NCBI GenBank assembly: GCA_012522045.1
Contig: JAAYLC010000198.1
Span: 1,797 to 65,796, forward strand
Origin: Bacteroidota bacterium
Lineage (GTDB): Bacteria > Bacteroidota > Bacteroidia > Flavobacteriales > Flavobacteriaceae
Reading direction: 5' to 3'
Length of the DNA: 64,000 nucleotides
In this document: positions 30,435 through 43,900 of the stretch, one piece after another
Position numbering within the stretch: the first letter of the stretch is position 1
How the letters are laid out: the number at the start of each line of letters is the position of its first letter
The notes under the pieces: model-generated
The model's database searches: none
Seen by the model: the letters and a program-made list of their open reading frames with translations, nothing else
What the model was told of the DNA's origin: nothing
Position numbers and translations under genes: made by a program

Positions 30435-31898
30435 GTGAAAATTTTAGATCGCTATATACTTGTCAGTTATCTGAAGACTTTTTTGGGAGTCTTTATCATT
30501 CTGATGTTTATATTCGTGCTTCAGACCATTTGGTTGTACATTTCAGAACTGGCAGGAAAGGATTTGGACGCGATGATTATCCTGAAATTCCTTTGGTATT
30601 TTTCTCCAAAAATGATGCCTTTGGTGCTTCCATTGACGATTTTAGTCACCTCGTTGATGGTTTTCGGATCTTTTGCCGAAAAGTATGAGTTTGCGGCTAT
30701 GAAATCGTCCGGAATATCCTTACAACGCGCGATGGGAAGTGTGATGCTTTTTATCCTTTTTCTTGCCATAATCGGATTTTTCTTCGCCAATAATGTGATT
30801 CCTTATTCCGAATACAAATGGCAAAACTTGCGACGCAATATTTCTCAGTTTCAACCTTCATTGGTCATTGCGGAAGGACAATTCAGCCAGATTGGAGATT
30901 TGTTCAACATCAAAGTGGATGAAAAAACCGGTGATCGCGGACAGTTCTTGCACAATGTAATCATTCACAAGAAAAATGAACGACGTCCCAATAACAACCT
31001 GACGGTAATTAAAGCCACCAGCGGAAAGTTAGAAAGTGCCGAAGGAAGCAATACCCTTTCGCTTATTCTCAACGACGGAAATTACTATGAAGAAGTATGG
31101 AATGACAATCCGCAAAGTCAGGCACGGGCTCCCTTTGCCAAAAGTTATTTTGATGAATATTGGATTAATATCGATTTGACCGAATTGAACAAACGCGATA
31201 TCGATCAAGAACACAACGTCGAAAATCAAAATATGTATAATATCAGTGAACTTCGTGTAGAAATAGACTCGATGTCGCGAAGTTACACTACCGATATCAA
31301 TTCTTATACGCGCAATATGTATTATCGTTCGGGAATAGAAAAATTGAGTGAAATGCCTTTAATCAAACAGGATTCACTGTCATCAGAACCTATTGGCGAA
31401 ATTAATACCGTATTGGATTTATATCCCGATAATTTCAAACAACAAATTGTAAAAATGGCGGTCAACAATGCACGGGGTACTTATCAGACGACCCTTGCAA
31501 AAAAAGAAGATTTTCGTCACAAGACCCGTCGATTGAACAAAACGGAAATTGCGTTGCATGAAAAATACGTGTTGAGTGTTTCCTGTATCATCCTGTTTTT
31601 TGTGGGCGCGCCTTTGGGAGCCATTATTCGCAAAGGAGGAATGGGACTGCCGATGGTGGTAGCTGTTTTACTGTTTTTGACCTACCACTTCATTGGGATT
31701 TTTGCTAAAAACAGTGCCGAGGACGGAACCATTGCACCCTATATTGCCGCTTGGTTAAGTACGGGCATTATGTTTCCGTTGAGTATTTGGCTGACATACC
31801 GAGCCACTACGGACCAAGGGATTTTTGATATGGATGCATTTATTCAGCGTATAGGGCGTTGGATCGGGCTGTCTAAAAAGAAAAAAGCTCGCAAATAA
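30435..31898 (+). CDS. LptF/LptG (YjgP/YjgQ) family permease
   Basis: GTG start. N-terminus MKILDRYILVSYLKTFLGVFIIL is typical of the family. TM helices sit at both ends around a periplasmic domain. Confidence 0.8.
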   Translation: MKILDRYILVSYLKTFLGVFIILMFIFVLQTIWLYISELAGKDLDAMIILKFLWYFSPKMMPLVLPLTILVTSLMVFGSFAEKYEFAAMKSSGISLQRAMGSVMLFILFLAIIGFFFANNVIPYSEYKWQNLRRNISQFQPSLVIAEGQFSQIGDLFNIKVDEKTGDRGQFLHNVIIHKKNERRPNNNLTVIKATSGKLESAEGSNTLSLILNDGNYYEEVWNDNPQSQARAPFAKSYFDEYWINIDLTELNKRDIDQEHNVENQNMYNISELRVEIDSMSRSYTTDINSYTRNMYYRSGIEKLSEMPLIKQDSLSSEPIGEINTVLDLYPDNFKQQIVKMAVNNARGTYQTTLAKKEDFRHKTRRLNKTEIALHEKYVLSVSCIILFFVGAPLGAIIRKGGMGLPMVVAVLLFLTYHFIGIFAKNSAEDGTIAPYIAAWLSTGIMFPLSIWLTYRATTDQGIFDMDAFIQRIGRWIGLSKKKKARK

Positions 31899-31973
31899 TG
31901 TGCGATTTGTTCATATTTAAAAACCGGGAAAATGTCAGGTTTTTTTAATGTCTGAAACCTCCTTTCGATTTAT

Positions 31974-31981
31974 TACCTTTG
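31974..31981 (+). promoter_or_regulatory. TAnnTTTG -7 element upstream of ribBA
   Basis: TACCTTTG within TACCTTTGCACAAGA, 16 nt before the ATG. Confidence 0.4.
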
Positions 31982-31997
31982 CACAAGATTTTTTGCT

Positions 31998-33143
31998 ATG
32001 AAAACTACTGAGAAAAAGAATATAAAATTAGACACCATTGAGTCTGCAATTGAGGACATCCGACAAGGAAAAGTCGTCATTGTAGTGGATGATGAAAACC
32101 GAGAAAATGAAGGCGATTTTATTGCCGCAGCTGAAAAAGTAACCCCCGAGATGATTAATTTCATGGCGACACACGGCAGGGGATTGATATGTGCACCGCT
32201 TACAGAAGAGCGATGCAATCAGTTGGATTTGAAAATGATGGTTGAAAACAATACGGTTTTGCATCACACCCAATTTACCGTTTCTGTAGATTTACTGGGA
32301 CACGGGTGTACCACCGGAATTTCAGTTCACGATCGTGCCAAAACCATTAAAGCATTGGTCGATGAGTCTACCAAACCTTCTGACCTAGGTCGCCCCGGAC
32401 ATATTTTTCCGCTGCGGGCAAAAGAAGGCGGCGTATTAAGACGTACCGGACATACGGAAGCCGCAATTGATTTGGCTAGACTGGCAGGGCTAAAACCCGC
32501 GGGAATTCTTGTAGAAATTCTTAATGAAGACGGAACCATGGCCCGCTTGCCGGAATTGGTTAAAGTTGCAGAGCGATTTGATTTGAAACTCATATCGATT
32601 GAAGATTTGGTGAAATACCGTATGGAACACGATTCACTTATCGAGAAAAAAGAAGATTTTATGCTGCAAACCCAATTCGGCGAATTTCGATTGGTGGCTT
32701 ATCGCCAAACTACAAACAATCAAATTCATTTTGCACTGACCAAAGGAAGTTGGAATGCCGATGAACCGGTACCTGTGCGAGTGAATGCAACCTTGGTGAA
32801 TAGTGATATTTTAACAGCACTTACCGATGATGCCGAGAAAAAATTGGACGACATGTTCAAAATCATCGAGCAAGAAGAAAAAGGAGCCATTGTTTTTGTC
32901 AATCAGCAGATGCAGTCCTTAAACTTGTTAAATCGGTTAAAGGAATTAAAAGAAATGCAAACACCCGGGAAGGTTGCAAAAGCGCCGCGAATTGTTTCCG
33001 ATGTAAAAGATTTTGGAATCGGAGCGCAAATTCTTCACGAATTGGGCATTCACAAAATCCGGTTGATCTCCAACAGTCAGGAAACAAAACGGGTGGGAAT
33101 GATCGGATACGGTTTGCAAATTATAGATTACATTCGCTATTAA
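31998..33143 (+). CDS. ribBA: bifunctional 3,4-dihydroxy-2-butanone-4-phosphate synthase / GTP cyclohydrolase II-like protein
   Basis: DHBP synthase motifs [14 protein letters not shown] and [14 protein letters not shown], plus a C-terminal GCHII-like half. Confidence 0.9.
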   Translation: MKTTEKKNIKLDTIESAIEDIRQGKVVIVVDDENRENEGDFIAAAEKVTPEMINFMATHGRGLICAPLTEERCNQLDLKMMVENNTVLHHTQFTVSVDLLGHGCTTGISVHDRAKTIKALVDESTKPSDLGRPGHIFPLRAKEGGVLRRTGHTEAAIDLARLAGLKPAGILVEILNEDGTMARLPELVKVAERFDLKLISIEDLVKYRMEHDSLIEKKEDFMLQTQFGEFRLVAYRQTTNNQIHFALTKGSWNADEPVPVRVNATLVNSDILTALTDDAEKKLDDMFKIIEQEEKGAIVFVNQQMQSLNLLNRLKELKEMQTPGKVAKAPRIVSDVKDFGIGAQILHELGIHKIRLISNSQETKRVGMIGYGLQIIDYIRY

Positions 33144-33153
33144 GAGACCGCAA

Positions 33154-33792
33154 TTAAAGTTCGATAATTAATTCGTCCACTCCGCGTCTTACTTTTTTGA
33201 GATTCGAGAAAAAATCGGAAGTATCCCGATATCCCACAGGCAGTACGATGACCGATTCCAAACCGCGTTTGTCAAGTCCTAAAAATGCATCGTATTTTTC
33301 AGGTTGGAAGCCTTCCATGGCACAAGAATCGATTTTTTCTATGGCGCACACCGTCAACAACGCCCCAAGCGTAAGATACAGCTGATTGGTCATCCACACT
33401 TTAATTTCTTCTTTCTCTTTTTCTGAAAAAGTAGCGATTAAATTTTGCTCGTAAGGTTCTAAAATATCGCGAGACGTTTTTCGAATTGCTTCGACGCGTT
33501 TAAAATGTTCAACGATAAATGAAGCATCGATTTCACGTTCAATACACAATACCAACACATGAGAGGCATCCCGAACCTGGGGTTGATAATACGTATATTC
33601 CATGAGTTTTTCTTTGATGTCTTGATCGGAAATGACAACCATTTTTAAAGGCTGCAATCCGTAGGAAGTTGCGGTGAGGTTAAACGCTTCTTTAAGCACG
33701 CGAATTTTATCCTCGGAGAGTTTCCGAGAACTGTCAAATTTCTTGGTGGCGTATCTCCATTTTAATTTGTCTATCGTACCGGATGATCTCAT
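33154..33792 (-). CDS. nitroreductase-family NAD(P)H oxidoreductase
   Basis: N-terminal RYATKKFD motif and a 212-aa length typical of the family. Confidence 0.7.
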   Translation of the reverse strand: MRSSGTIDKLKWRYATKKFDSSRKLSEDKIRVLKEAFNLTATSYGLQPLKMVVISDQDIKEKLMEYTYYQPQVRDASHVLVLCIEREIDASFIVEHFKRVEAIRKTSRDILEPYEQNLIATFSEKEKEEIKVWMTNQLYLTLGALLTVCAIEKIDSCAMEGFQPEKYDAFLGLDKRGLESVIVLPVGYRDTSDFFSNLKKVRRGVDELIIEL

Positions 33793-33976
33793 GATGCAGG
33801 AATTTATTTGATTTGTTTTAAATTGTCCTATTTGGAAATGGGTTATGTACGATTCCCTATAGCGACATCAGGCAAAGTTAAGGATAAAATACGAAGCATT
33901 GAAAAGGTTCAAAATTGTACGGAAATAAAAATTCAATGAAATGCTGAAAATAATTCCTGAATATCAAAAAGCTTTT

Positions 33977-33984
33977 TATATTTG
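33977..33984 (+). promoter_or_regulatory. TAnnTTTG -7 element upstream of tRNA-Ser
   Basis: TATATTTG, 63 nt before the mature tRNA 5' end. Confidence 0.3.
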
Positions 33985-34047
33985 CAACCGCAATTACGGC
34001 AATCGATGGTTTGATTATTTCAAACGTTGGATTACCGAGAAATGCAA

Positions 34048-34132
34048 GGAGGAATGGCAGAGTGGTCGAATGCGGCGGTCTTGAAAACCGTTGAGGGTCA
34101 CACCTCCGGGGGTTCGAATCCCTCTTCCTCCG
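34048..34132 (+). tRNA. tRNA-Ser (anticodon UGA)
   Basis: Acceptor stem GGAGGAA/TTCCTCC. Anticodon stem GCGGT/ACCGT with loop CTTGAAA (anticodon TGA). Long variable arm, T-loop GTTCGAATC, discriminator G, no encoded CCA. Confidence 0.9.
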
Positions 34133-34141
34133 CAACCAAAA

Positions 34142-34180
34142 GGCGCAACTACTTTTAATAGAAAGAGTTGCGCTTTTTTA
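34142..34180. terminator. bidirectional hairpin between tRNA-Ser and dinB
   Basis: GGCGCAACT (34142-34150) pairs with AGTTGCGC (34166-34173). There is a T-run on the plus strand and an A-rich run upstream, which is a T-run for the minus strand. Confidence 0.55.
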
Positions 34181-34217
34181 TTTCCCGTGAACCCACGTTG
34201 TAGTTCGGATTGCTTCT

Positions 34218-35315
34218 TTAAAACTCCAGACGAAGCTGTTCTTCCTTCGGAAAGGGTTTGTTCACGGTGGGAGCTTCGTTGTTCAAATTGGAAACCGAAA
34301 TCCCAAGCAATCGTACCGAATCTTTAAGCTTCTCCTGATACAGCAATTCTTTTACAATTTTTAAAAGGGCAGTTTTCTTATAAACATACGTTTCAATGGT
34401 GCGACTTCGAGTTTGCAAGGTAAAATCGCTGTAACGTATTTTTAAAGTGATGGTTTTCCCGGCAAGTTTTCGCCGATAAAGCCGTTCTTCTACTTGAGCA
34501 GCAATGTTTTCCAAATGTTCAATCATAAACACTTCGGAAGTGATGTTTTCTGAAAATGTGTGTTCTGCTCCCAGTGATTTCTGAAGCCGGAAGGTTCTCA
34601 CGGGACTGTTGTGGATGCCGCGGACTATGTTGTAATAATGTGAACCGCTTTTTCCAAAATGCTTTTCTAAAAATTCAAGGCTTTTATTTTTTAAATCGAG
34701 GCCGGTGAAAATTCCCAATCGGTACATTTTATTTCGTGTCACTTTGCCTACGCCGTAAAATTTCTTGACATCCAGATTTTCTAAAAAGGAGATAACCGCT
34801 TCGGGCGGAATGGTTTTTTGTCCATTGGGCTTATTGATGTCACTTGCAATTTTTGCAATAAACTTGTTTATCGAAATTCCCGCCGAGGCGTTCAATCCGG
34901 TTTCTTCTTTGATTCTGCCTCGCAATTCCCGGGCAATGACCGTAGCGCTGAATAAGCCTTTTTTATTTTTCGTAACATCTAAATACGCTTCATCCAGCGA
35001 AAGGGGTTCGACCAAATCGGTGTATTCAAAAAAAAGTTCTCGAATTTTTGAGGAGATTTCACGATAGCGTTCAAAGCGTGTAGGTACAAAAATAAGATGC
35101 GGACATAATTCACGTGCCAATTTTCCGCTCATTGCACTCCGTACACCGTATTTTCTCGCTTCATAACTTGCAGCAGCGACCACGCCTCGTTTTTCACCTC
35201 CGCCCACTGCCAACGGCTTCCCCTTTAAATTGGGAAAATCCAATTGTTCTACGGAAGCATAAAACGCATCCATATCGATATGAATAATTTTTCTGATGGG
35301 AAAATCAAACTCCAT
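34218..35315 (-). CDS. dinB: DNA polymerase IV
   Basis: Y-family motifs IIHIDMDAFYASVE and SLDEAYLDV. Confidence 0.9.
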   Translation of the reverse strand: MEFDFPIRKIIHIDMDAFYASVEQLDFPNLKGKPLAVGGGEKRGVVAAASYEARKYGVRSAMSGKLARELCPHLIFVPTRFERYREISSKIRELFFEYTDLVEPLSLDEAYLDVTKNKKGLFSATVIARELRGRIKEETGLNASAGISINKFIAKIASDINKPNGQKTIPPEAVISFLENLDVKKFYGVGKVTRNKMYRLGIFTGLDLKNKSLEFLEKHFGKSGSHYYNIVRGIHNSPVRTFRLQKSLGAEHTFSENITSEVFMIEHLENIAAQVEERLYRRKLAGKTITLKIRYSDFTLQTRSRTIETYVYKKTALLKIVKELLYQEKLKDSVRLLGISVSNLNNEAPTVNKPFPKEEQLRLEF

Positions 35316-35380
35316 AAAGTCAAAATTAATACCTTTAAGCGTTATTTAAGTTTATTGAAAACTTAATAATAAAAAAAGAT

Positions 35381-36043
35381 ATGAAAAAAACCGCCATTCT
35401 CATCGGTGCCACCGGATTGACAGGAAGTATTTTGTTACAGAAACTGCTTCAGCATCCCGATTTTGAATTGATTAAAGTATTGACCCGCCGTTCCACCGGA
35501 ATCACTTCACCCAAACTGGAAGAACACATTGTCGATTTACTCAAATTAGAATCTTACCAACATTTATTTAAAGGGACTGTTGTTTATTGCTGTATTGGCA
35601 CGACCAAAGCCAAAACGCCGAATAAAGACCTTTATTTTAAAATTGACTACGGCATTCCCGTTGTGGCCGCAAAATTAGCAAAGGAACAGGGAATCCCGAC
35701 TTATGTTGTCATTTCTTCCTTTGGCTCCAATCCGGACAGTAAAATTTTTTACAGCCGAACCAAAGGGAAAATGGAAAAAGCTGTGGAAGCCGAGCAAATT
35801 CCCAATACCTATATTTTACGACCTTCATTAATCGTTGGAGACAGAAAGGAGACGCGCATCGGAGAAAGAATCGGAGAACTATTTTTTAGAATTTTTAATT
35901 TTTTAATTCCCAAAAGCTATCGTTATATCAAAGCGGAAACGATTGCAGAAGCGATGGTCAAATTGGAAGAAGTTGGTTATCCTAAAATGTATATTCCTTC
36001 CGATGAAATTAAAAAAATAGCCTCAAACCAAATGCAGCAATGA
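35381..36043 (+). CDS. NAD(P)-binding Rossmann-fold protein (atypical SDR / NmrA-like)
   Basis: N-terminal IGATGLTGS glycine-rich motif. 220 aa. Confidence 0.6.
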   Translation: MKKTAILIGATGLTGSILLQKLLQHPDFELIKVLTRRSTGITSPKLEEHIVDLLKLESYQHLFKGTVVYCCIGTTKAKTPNKDLYFKIDYGIPVVAAKLAKEQGIPTYVVISSFGSNPDSKIFYSRTKGKMEKAVEAEQIPNTYILRPSLIVGDRKETRIGERIGELFFRIFNFLIPKSYRYIKAETIAEAMVKLEEVGYPKMYIPSDEIKKIASNQMQQ

Positions 36044-36495
36044 ACGAAATAGAAAGAAAATTTTTGGTTCGCAATGATGCTTATAAAAAGGAAGCGCAAA
36101 AACAAACACGCATTATTCAGGGATTTTTAAACACCGATCCGGAGCGGACGGTTCGCGTTCGAATTTTCGGAGATCAAGGAATGCTTACGGTCAAAGGGAA
36201 ATCAAATCCGTCCGGAACCACTCGATTTGAATGGGAACACAGCATTTCCTTAGAAGATGCGCAAGCCTTATTAGAATTGTGCGAACCCGGAATTATCGAT
36301 AAAATTCGTTATGAAATCCCTGTCAATTCTCATGTATTTGAAGTGGATGAATTTCAAGGAGCTTTAAAAGGCCTGGTCATTGCCGAAATTGAATTGACCG
36401 ATGAAGATGAACCTTTTGCCAAACCTGAATGGCTTGGTAAAGAAGTCACCAGTAACTCGGAGTACTACAATTCCAATTTGGTTAAAAAAATATAG
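36040..36495 (+). CDS. CYTH-domain protein (triphosphate tunnel metalloenzyme)
   Basis: EIERKFLV start motif characteristic of CYTH. 151 aa. Overlaps the upstream gene by 4 nt. Confidence 0.75.
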   Translation: MNEIERKFLVRNDAYKKEAQKQTRIIQGFLNTDPERTVRVRIFGDQGMLTVKGKSNPSGTTRFEWEHSISLEDAQALLELCEPGIIDKIRYEIPVNSHVFEVDEFQGALKGLVIAEIELTDEDEPFAKPEWLGKEVTSNSEYYNSNLVKKI

Positions 36496-36702
36496 CTTTT
36501 TACACCTTCGCGATTCAATATCAATTCAATCATCCGTAAACTTAAATTCGATTTTTTATCGAAAGATTGAACATGGGGAATCGCAGCGGAACTGCATTTA
36601 ATTTTCTATCTTTGCAGAAATCTTTTAAACCTTAATTGAATAGGATTAATGATTGATTGCCAGCGATTTAATTAAAATTTAATATAACAAACCCCTTAGG
36701 AT

Positions 36703-37356
36703 ATGAAGTTTTTTATCGATACAGCAAACCTTGCACAAATAGAAGAAGCGCAAAATTTAGGAATTCTCGACGGTGTAACGACCAATCCGTCGTTGATGGC
36801 AAAGGAAGGAATTACCGGTTCTGACAACATCATGAAACACTATGTGGATATTTGCAACATTGTGGATGGAGATGTTTCGGCTGAAGTTATTGCCACGGAT
36901 TTTGAATCCATCATAAAAGAAGGGGAAGCTTTGGCGGAATTGCATGAACAAATCGTGGTGAAAGTACCGATGATAAAAGACGGCATTCAGGCAATTCGCT
37001 ATTTTAGCGAACAGGGAATTCGTACCAATTGCACTTTGGTTTTTTCTGCAGGACAGGCACTGTTGGCTGCAAAAGCCGGAGCCACTTACGTTTCTCCGTT
37101 TATCGGACGTTTGGACGACGTTTCCACCGACGGGCTTGACCTGATTATGGACATCCGCCAAATTTATGACAATTACGAATTTGAAACCCAAATTCTCGCC
37201 GCGTCGGTAAGACATCCGATGCACATTGTTCACTGTGCAAAAATAGGCGCCGATGTTATGACCGGTCCTTTGTCATCTATTTTGGCATTGTTAAACCATC
37301 CGTTGACGGACATCGGATTGCAAAAATTCTTGGAAGATTATAAAAAAGGAAATTAA
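36703..37356 (+). CDS. fsa: fructose-6-phosphate aldolase / short transaldolase (type 3B)
   Basis: 217 aa with [15 protein letters not shown], Schiff-base lysine context IVVKVP, and SPFIGR. Confidence 0.85.
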   Translation: MKFFIDTANLAQIEEAQNLGILDGVTTNPSLMAKEGITGSDNIMKHYVDICNIVDGDVSAEVIATDFESIIKEGEALAELHEQIVVKVPMIKDGIQAIRYFSEQGIRTNCTLVFSAGQALLAAKAGATYVSPFIGRLDDVSTDGLDLIMDIRQIYDNYEFETQILAASVRHPMHIVHCAKIGADVMTGPLSSILALLNHPLTDIGLQKFLEDYKKGN

Positions 37357-38750
37357 TCCTGACGATTGAGATACCCGAGCAATAATTGCTCAAAATTGGG
37401 CTGGAACATGGTACAATTTCCGTTCAGAATGGTCAGGTCGGTATCGATAATGAGTGATTTGCTCAAGTTGTTTAGCATCAACGCATGTTCGGAATCGACA
37501 GGGTTTTCCAATTGAAACTCCTCCGAATCTTCATATTTCTGCGTGCGGATAAAATTTCTCCATCGCCGGAAATGATCGTCGGTGTTGATGCTTATGAAAT
37601 TGTATTCAGGATATTTTGCTTTCAACTCACCCGCCCGATTGTGAATAGATTCTGCCTGACGCAGGTATTGATAACTCCAGAAAAACAAAACCGTCGGTTT
37701 GTCTATCAATTCGTGTAAGGTAGTGACATTGTTGTCGGCGGTTAACAAAGAGATGTTGGGAACAGTCTTTCCGGCAGCTATTTTAATCGCCGTATTGTGA
37801 ACTTTTTGAACTTCGGCAATGTATTTCGGGTTGTTGTTGATGTTGTCAAAATCAGTTAAGAATTTTTCCAATTCATCTTGTTTGCGATGTCCGTTAAAAT
37901 AAAATCGTAAGGCGGTGTTGCGTGCCAAATTGTTCCGGATAGAGTCGTTGCTGATGGCCTGTTGAATAGCATTGAGGCGAGCATTAGAAAATTCATAAGA
38001 ATAGCGTTCAGACGCATCACCTAATTGTTTTGACGCCTGATTGTCAAAATAGACGAGCAAAAATCGATAATACGGATAATAGTAGCGAAGCTTTTCGTTG
38101 TTTATGTCAATTTGTTGACGATAGGCAAAAAAAGAATCGTCTATGGAAGCTGCGCGGTGCGTGTTTCCGAGGGCGTACAATTCTTTTTTTAAGTAATAAT
38201 CATAGTCGATGGAAACGCGGGCAACTTTTTTAAAGCCTTCGGTCGCATTCGGGTGTTTGTTTAAAAATTGGTCGTAAAGTGCCTCTTTTGAAACTTTTAA
38301 GGAATCGATTTTTTGAGTATACGCATCCGGTGACAAGGTGTACCATTGCGGCAATACTTTATTCTCATTCTCATTGATTAAAAAGAAACTCATCAGCAGG
38401 TTGTTTTTTTCTGCACCTTTGCCGGAATAGGCAAGCGATTCGTCAAAATCGATGGTATTCAGATGGAGCATCAAGCTGTCACCCGACTCGACATACATCA
38501 CCTGGGTTTCGTTGTGGCGAATAATATAAAGCCCTTCTTTTAACGCATCCGATTGGTATAAAAAGAAATTGTTGGAATCCAATAAAACAGTATCAATCAC
38601 TTTATTGCCTTGAGCAAGGATAATATAATTGGAAGTGGGGTTGACAATCTCTCCGCCAATCCAAACAGTGACTGCGTCTTCCTTTTCGTTACAGGCAAAA
38701 AATAATAGCAAGGATGCTAAAAAAATATTTGAAAATATTTTTTTTATCAA
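37353..38750 (-). CDS. lipoprotein with C-terminal thioredoxin-like (TlpA-like) fold lacking the CxxC motif
   Basis: Lipobox LLFFAC. The C-terminal ~130 aa follow the TlpA pattern (PTVLFFWS....., NFISINTDD), but the position of WCxxC reads WSYQYL. Confidence 0.45.
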   Translation of the reverse strand: MIKKIFSNIFLASLLLFFACNEKEDAVTVWIGGEIVNPTSNYIILAQGNKVIDTVLLDSNNFFLYQSDALKEGLYIIRHNETQVMYVESGDSLMLHLNTIDFDESLAYSGKGAEKNNLLMSFFLINENENKVLPQWYTLSPDAYTQKIDSLKVSKEALYDQFLNKHPNATEGFKKVARVSIDYDYYLKKELYALGNTHRAASIDDSFFAYRQQIDINNEKLRYYYPYYRFLLVYFDNQASKQLGDASERYSYEFSNARLNAIQQAISNDSIRNNLARNTALRFYFNGHRKQDELEKFLTDFDNINNNPKYIAEVQKVHNTAIKIAAGKTVPNISLLTADNNVTTLHELIDKPTVLFFWSYQYLRQAESIHNRAGELKAKYPEYNFISINTDDHFRRWRNFIRTQKYEDSEEFQLENPVDSEHALMLNNLSKSLIIDTDLTILNGNCTMFQPNFEQLLLGYLNRQD

Positions 38751-38871
38751 GTGTGAATGAGTTAAAAATTGTAAAGTACAAAATTAGACACCCTTTGGTT
38801 GTGAGGATGTTAAATAAGGGTTAAATACCAATGGAAATCTTTCTTATTTTTTAAGTGACCATCAAATAAGT

Positions 38872-38879
38872 TACTTTTG
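38872..38879 (+). promoter_or_regulatory. TAnnTTTG -7 element upstream of the ABC-F gene
   Basis: TACTTTTG, 23 nt before the ATG. Confidence 0.4.
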
Positions 38880-38893
38880 CAAAAATTTTTTGA

Positions 38894-40773
<1,880 letters not shown>

Positions 40774-40905
40774 GTCGTATTAGAGTTTTTAAAGATAAAT
40801 ATATTTAAACGTATCTTATTCTTTAAAATTTGTGAAAGTTGGATAAATCTTTTTGTTATATAGAATAAATCAGACTTTTACGCTTATAGCTGTCTGATTT
40901 TTAAT

Positions 40906-40913
40906 TATTTTTG
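40906..40913 (+). promoter_or_regulatory. TAnnTTTG -7 element upstream of the T9SS cargo gene
   Basis: TATTTTTG, 29 nt before the ATG. Confidence 0.4.
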
Positions 40914-40942
40914 CAAGAATAATCAAAATTCTTGCGTCGGTT

Positions 40943-43900
40943 ATGAAATTTAAAATCTTCTTGTTTTTTTTCGCGCTCGGAATCGTAAACACATTCAGTC
41001 AGGTGGTGATTGGAGATCCCAACGGTTTCACGGATTTGCTTCCCATCGATGGAAATTACGAATATTCCTATAGCCAACAACTTGTCTATCAAAACGAGAT
41101 AGATGTTGCCGGAAACATCACCTCCATTTCTTTTATGTACCAGTCGGGAGCGACTACCAACAGCAATCAATGGGAGGTTTACTTGGGACATACGAATAAA
41201 GGCTCATTTGTATCTGCTACCGACTGGGTAGATGCTTCGCAACTCACCAAGGTTTTTGACGGCCTTGTTAGCTTTCCCGCCCCCGGCAATTATCTGCAAA
41301 TCAATTTTTCGGTGCCTTTTGCATATAACAATACCGAGCATCTGGTAATTGCGGTAAAAGAAAAGAAAACAGGATATAACGGGGCAATCCTTTTTGCAAA
41401 AACAGCTAACAATCCTGCCACGCCCGGACGCGCCATTTCTTTTTCCGACGATGGTGTAATGCCGGATCCTTTCAATCCTCCAATGGCTTATGAGCTAACT
41501 AATTATATCAATCACATGATGCTCGGAGGACTGACGCAAACTTGTCCTGCTCCCGAAAATTTGCAGACAACCAACATACAGGGAACAAGTGCCGCCGTTC
41601 AGTGGACAGAACAAGGAACGGCATCGCAATGGACGGTGTATTACGGATTGAATGGTTTTAATCCTGCAAATTCATTGCAAACTACCACGCTTACCGTAAC
41701 TTCTCCAAATGCTGTCCTGACCGGGTTACAGCCTGCTACTGCATACGAGTTTTACGTACGTGCTGATTGTGGTTCTTCGGATTTCAGTCAGTTAAAAGGA
41801 CCGGTAATGTTCACTACCCCTTGTGATATAGCGACACTTCCGTATGTGATGGATTTTGAAGGTGCGACTCAGTGTCTGTCGTTTCAAACCGGAGGACAAG
41901 GAAACGGTTGGCTGAAGATGACGGGAAATCAATCTGGTTTCACCGGTATATATGCAGGTTATTTATTTAGTCCTCGACCTGCCGATGCTTGGCTGTTTAC
42001 ACAAGCAGTGGAATTGGAACAAGGAAAAATGTATCGTTTGAGTTATAAATACGGAAACAATTCGATATTTAATACAGAAAAGATGAAAGTAGCCATAGGG
42101 ATTGAAAATGAAATAAGTGCGATGCATACCGTATTGGCAGACCATCCCGAAATAACGATGGCAATACCTAATTTTAATGAAGTAACTTTTCAGGTGCCGA
42201 ATACCGATATTTATTATGTAGGATTCCACGCTTATTCGAATGCCAATCAGTTCCGATTGATGTTGGATGATATTTTGATAGAAGAAGTCACTTATGACTA
42301 TACCTACCAAAACGGCAGTTGGTCGCCTCAAGATCCATCGGGAGTGGCCACAGCTACAGACAATATTATCGTTATCGACGGTGCGGCAACCATCTCTTTA
42401 CCGTTGTATGTGAATAATCTTAACGTGATGGCCGGTGCGACTTTGAGAATGGAAAACACCTTAAACCTACACGGAAACATATTAGCCGACGGAGATTTGA
42501 TTTTTGGAAGTGGTCCCACCGGAAACGGCGAGCTTGCCGCAGTGTCTTCCACTTCGACCATCACGGGCGATGTTGTCGTTGAGCATTATATGCAGGACAG
42601 ACGATCTTATCGCATGGTTTCCAGTGCGGTAACAACTTCGACTTCCATTCGCGACAATTGGCAGGAAGGCGCCAACAGTCGTGCGGACAATCCGCATCCG
42701 GGATATGGAACTCACATCACGGGAAGTACCATTGATCGGCAAAATGGTTTTGATGCCACGCAAACGGGCAATCCCTCTATGTTTGCCGTGGATGTCGGTG
42801 CACAGCAGTTTGTGCCCATAGCCAATACGGACAACACCACACTCAATGCCGGGGATGCTTATCTGCTCTATGTCAGAGGTGACAGGCAACTGAAACATAT
42901 TGATTCTACAGGACACAGTGAAACGACACTCAGAACTCGCGGACAATTGCATATCGGCGATTATAGCCAAACGTTCCCTACTACCGCTGCCAATCAGTTT
43001 GTAATGTTCGGTAACCCATATCAGAGTGCTGTCGATATCAATAACGTGTTTGACGATGCTGTCAATGTCAATAAAGGATATTACTACGTGTACGACGTCA
43101 ATGTCGGAGATTATGGAGGGTATGTGACAATTACGCTTCCTGCCGGAACAAACACCTTGGGTTTAAGCGTAAACCAATACCTGCAAGCCGGGCAAGCGGC
43201 GCAGTTTTCAACCCTGACCAACGGCAGTGCTACCATCAATTTTTCAGAAGCGCATAAAGCTCCCGGAAATTATACGGCTAACAATGCAGGAAGCGGGATG
43301 ATGGCAACGCAAATGCTCAACATACAGCTGTTTACAGAAAAAAAATATAACGAAGGCGGTTCGGTACAAGACGGCACGGCAATTTTGTTTAATCCAAATC
43401 ACACCAATGCCGTAACAGCATCAGATGCGCCCAAAGCATTTAATTTTGGAGAAAATATAGCCGTTGACAATAACGGAAATTACTTGAGTATCGAACAGCG
43501 TGAATTGCCTCAAGCCGGAGAAGTGTTTTCTCTCTATACTTCCGGTTTTGCGCATCACGAATATGTGTTGAAAATTGAGTCGGAAGGTTTGGACGATTAC
43601 GTAATGGTTTTGGAAGATATGTTTGCCGGAACCGAAACCCTGTTGACTTCTGGAATAAATACTTACAATTTTGAAATTTCCGATGCACTGAGCAAAGCCC
43701 ATGACCGTTTTCGCATTCGGGTCGTTTCCGACTTGTTAAATGTTGACGAATATGCATTCGAAGGCGTACGCCTGTATCCGAATCCGTTGCGACAAACAAA
43801 GTTTTACATTCATGCACCGAGTATTGCAGACCGAGAAGTGGATGTTCACATTGCCGACATGGCAGGACGTGAAATTTATAAAAAACAAGTCACGGTTTCC

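Noticed and set aside
31899-31997. FMN riboswitch upstream of ribBA
   Set aside because: The intergenic region is only ~100 nt and lacks the conserved FMN-aptamer segments. It contains just a weak hairpin and the TAnnTTTG promoter element.
40868-40899. Hairpin AAATCAGAC...GTCTGATTT as a terminator
   Set aside because: It lies in a divergent promoter region where no gene ends on either strand. Its function, if any, is unknown, so it is not called as a terminator.
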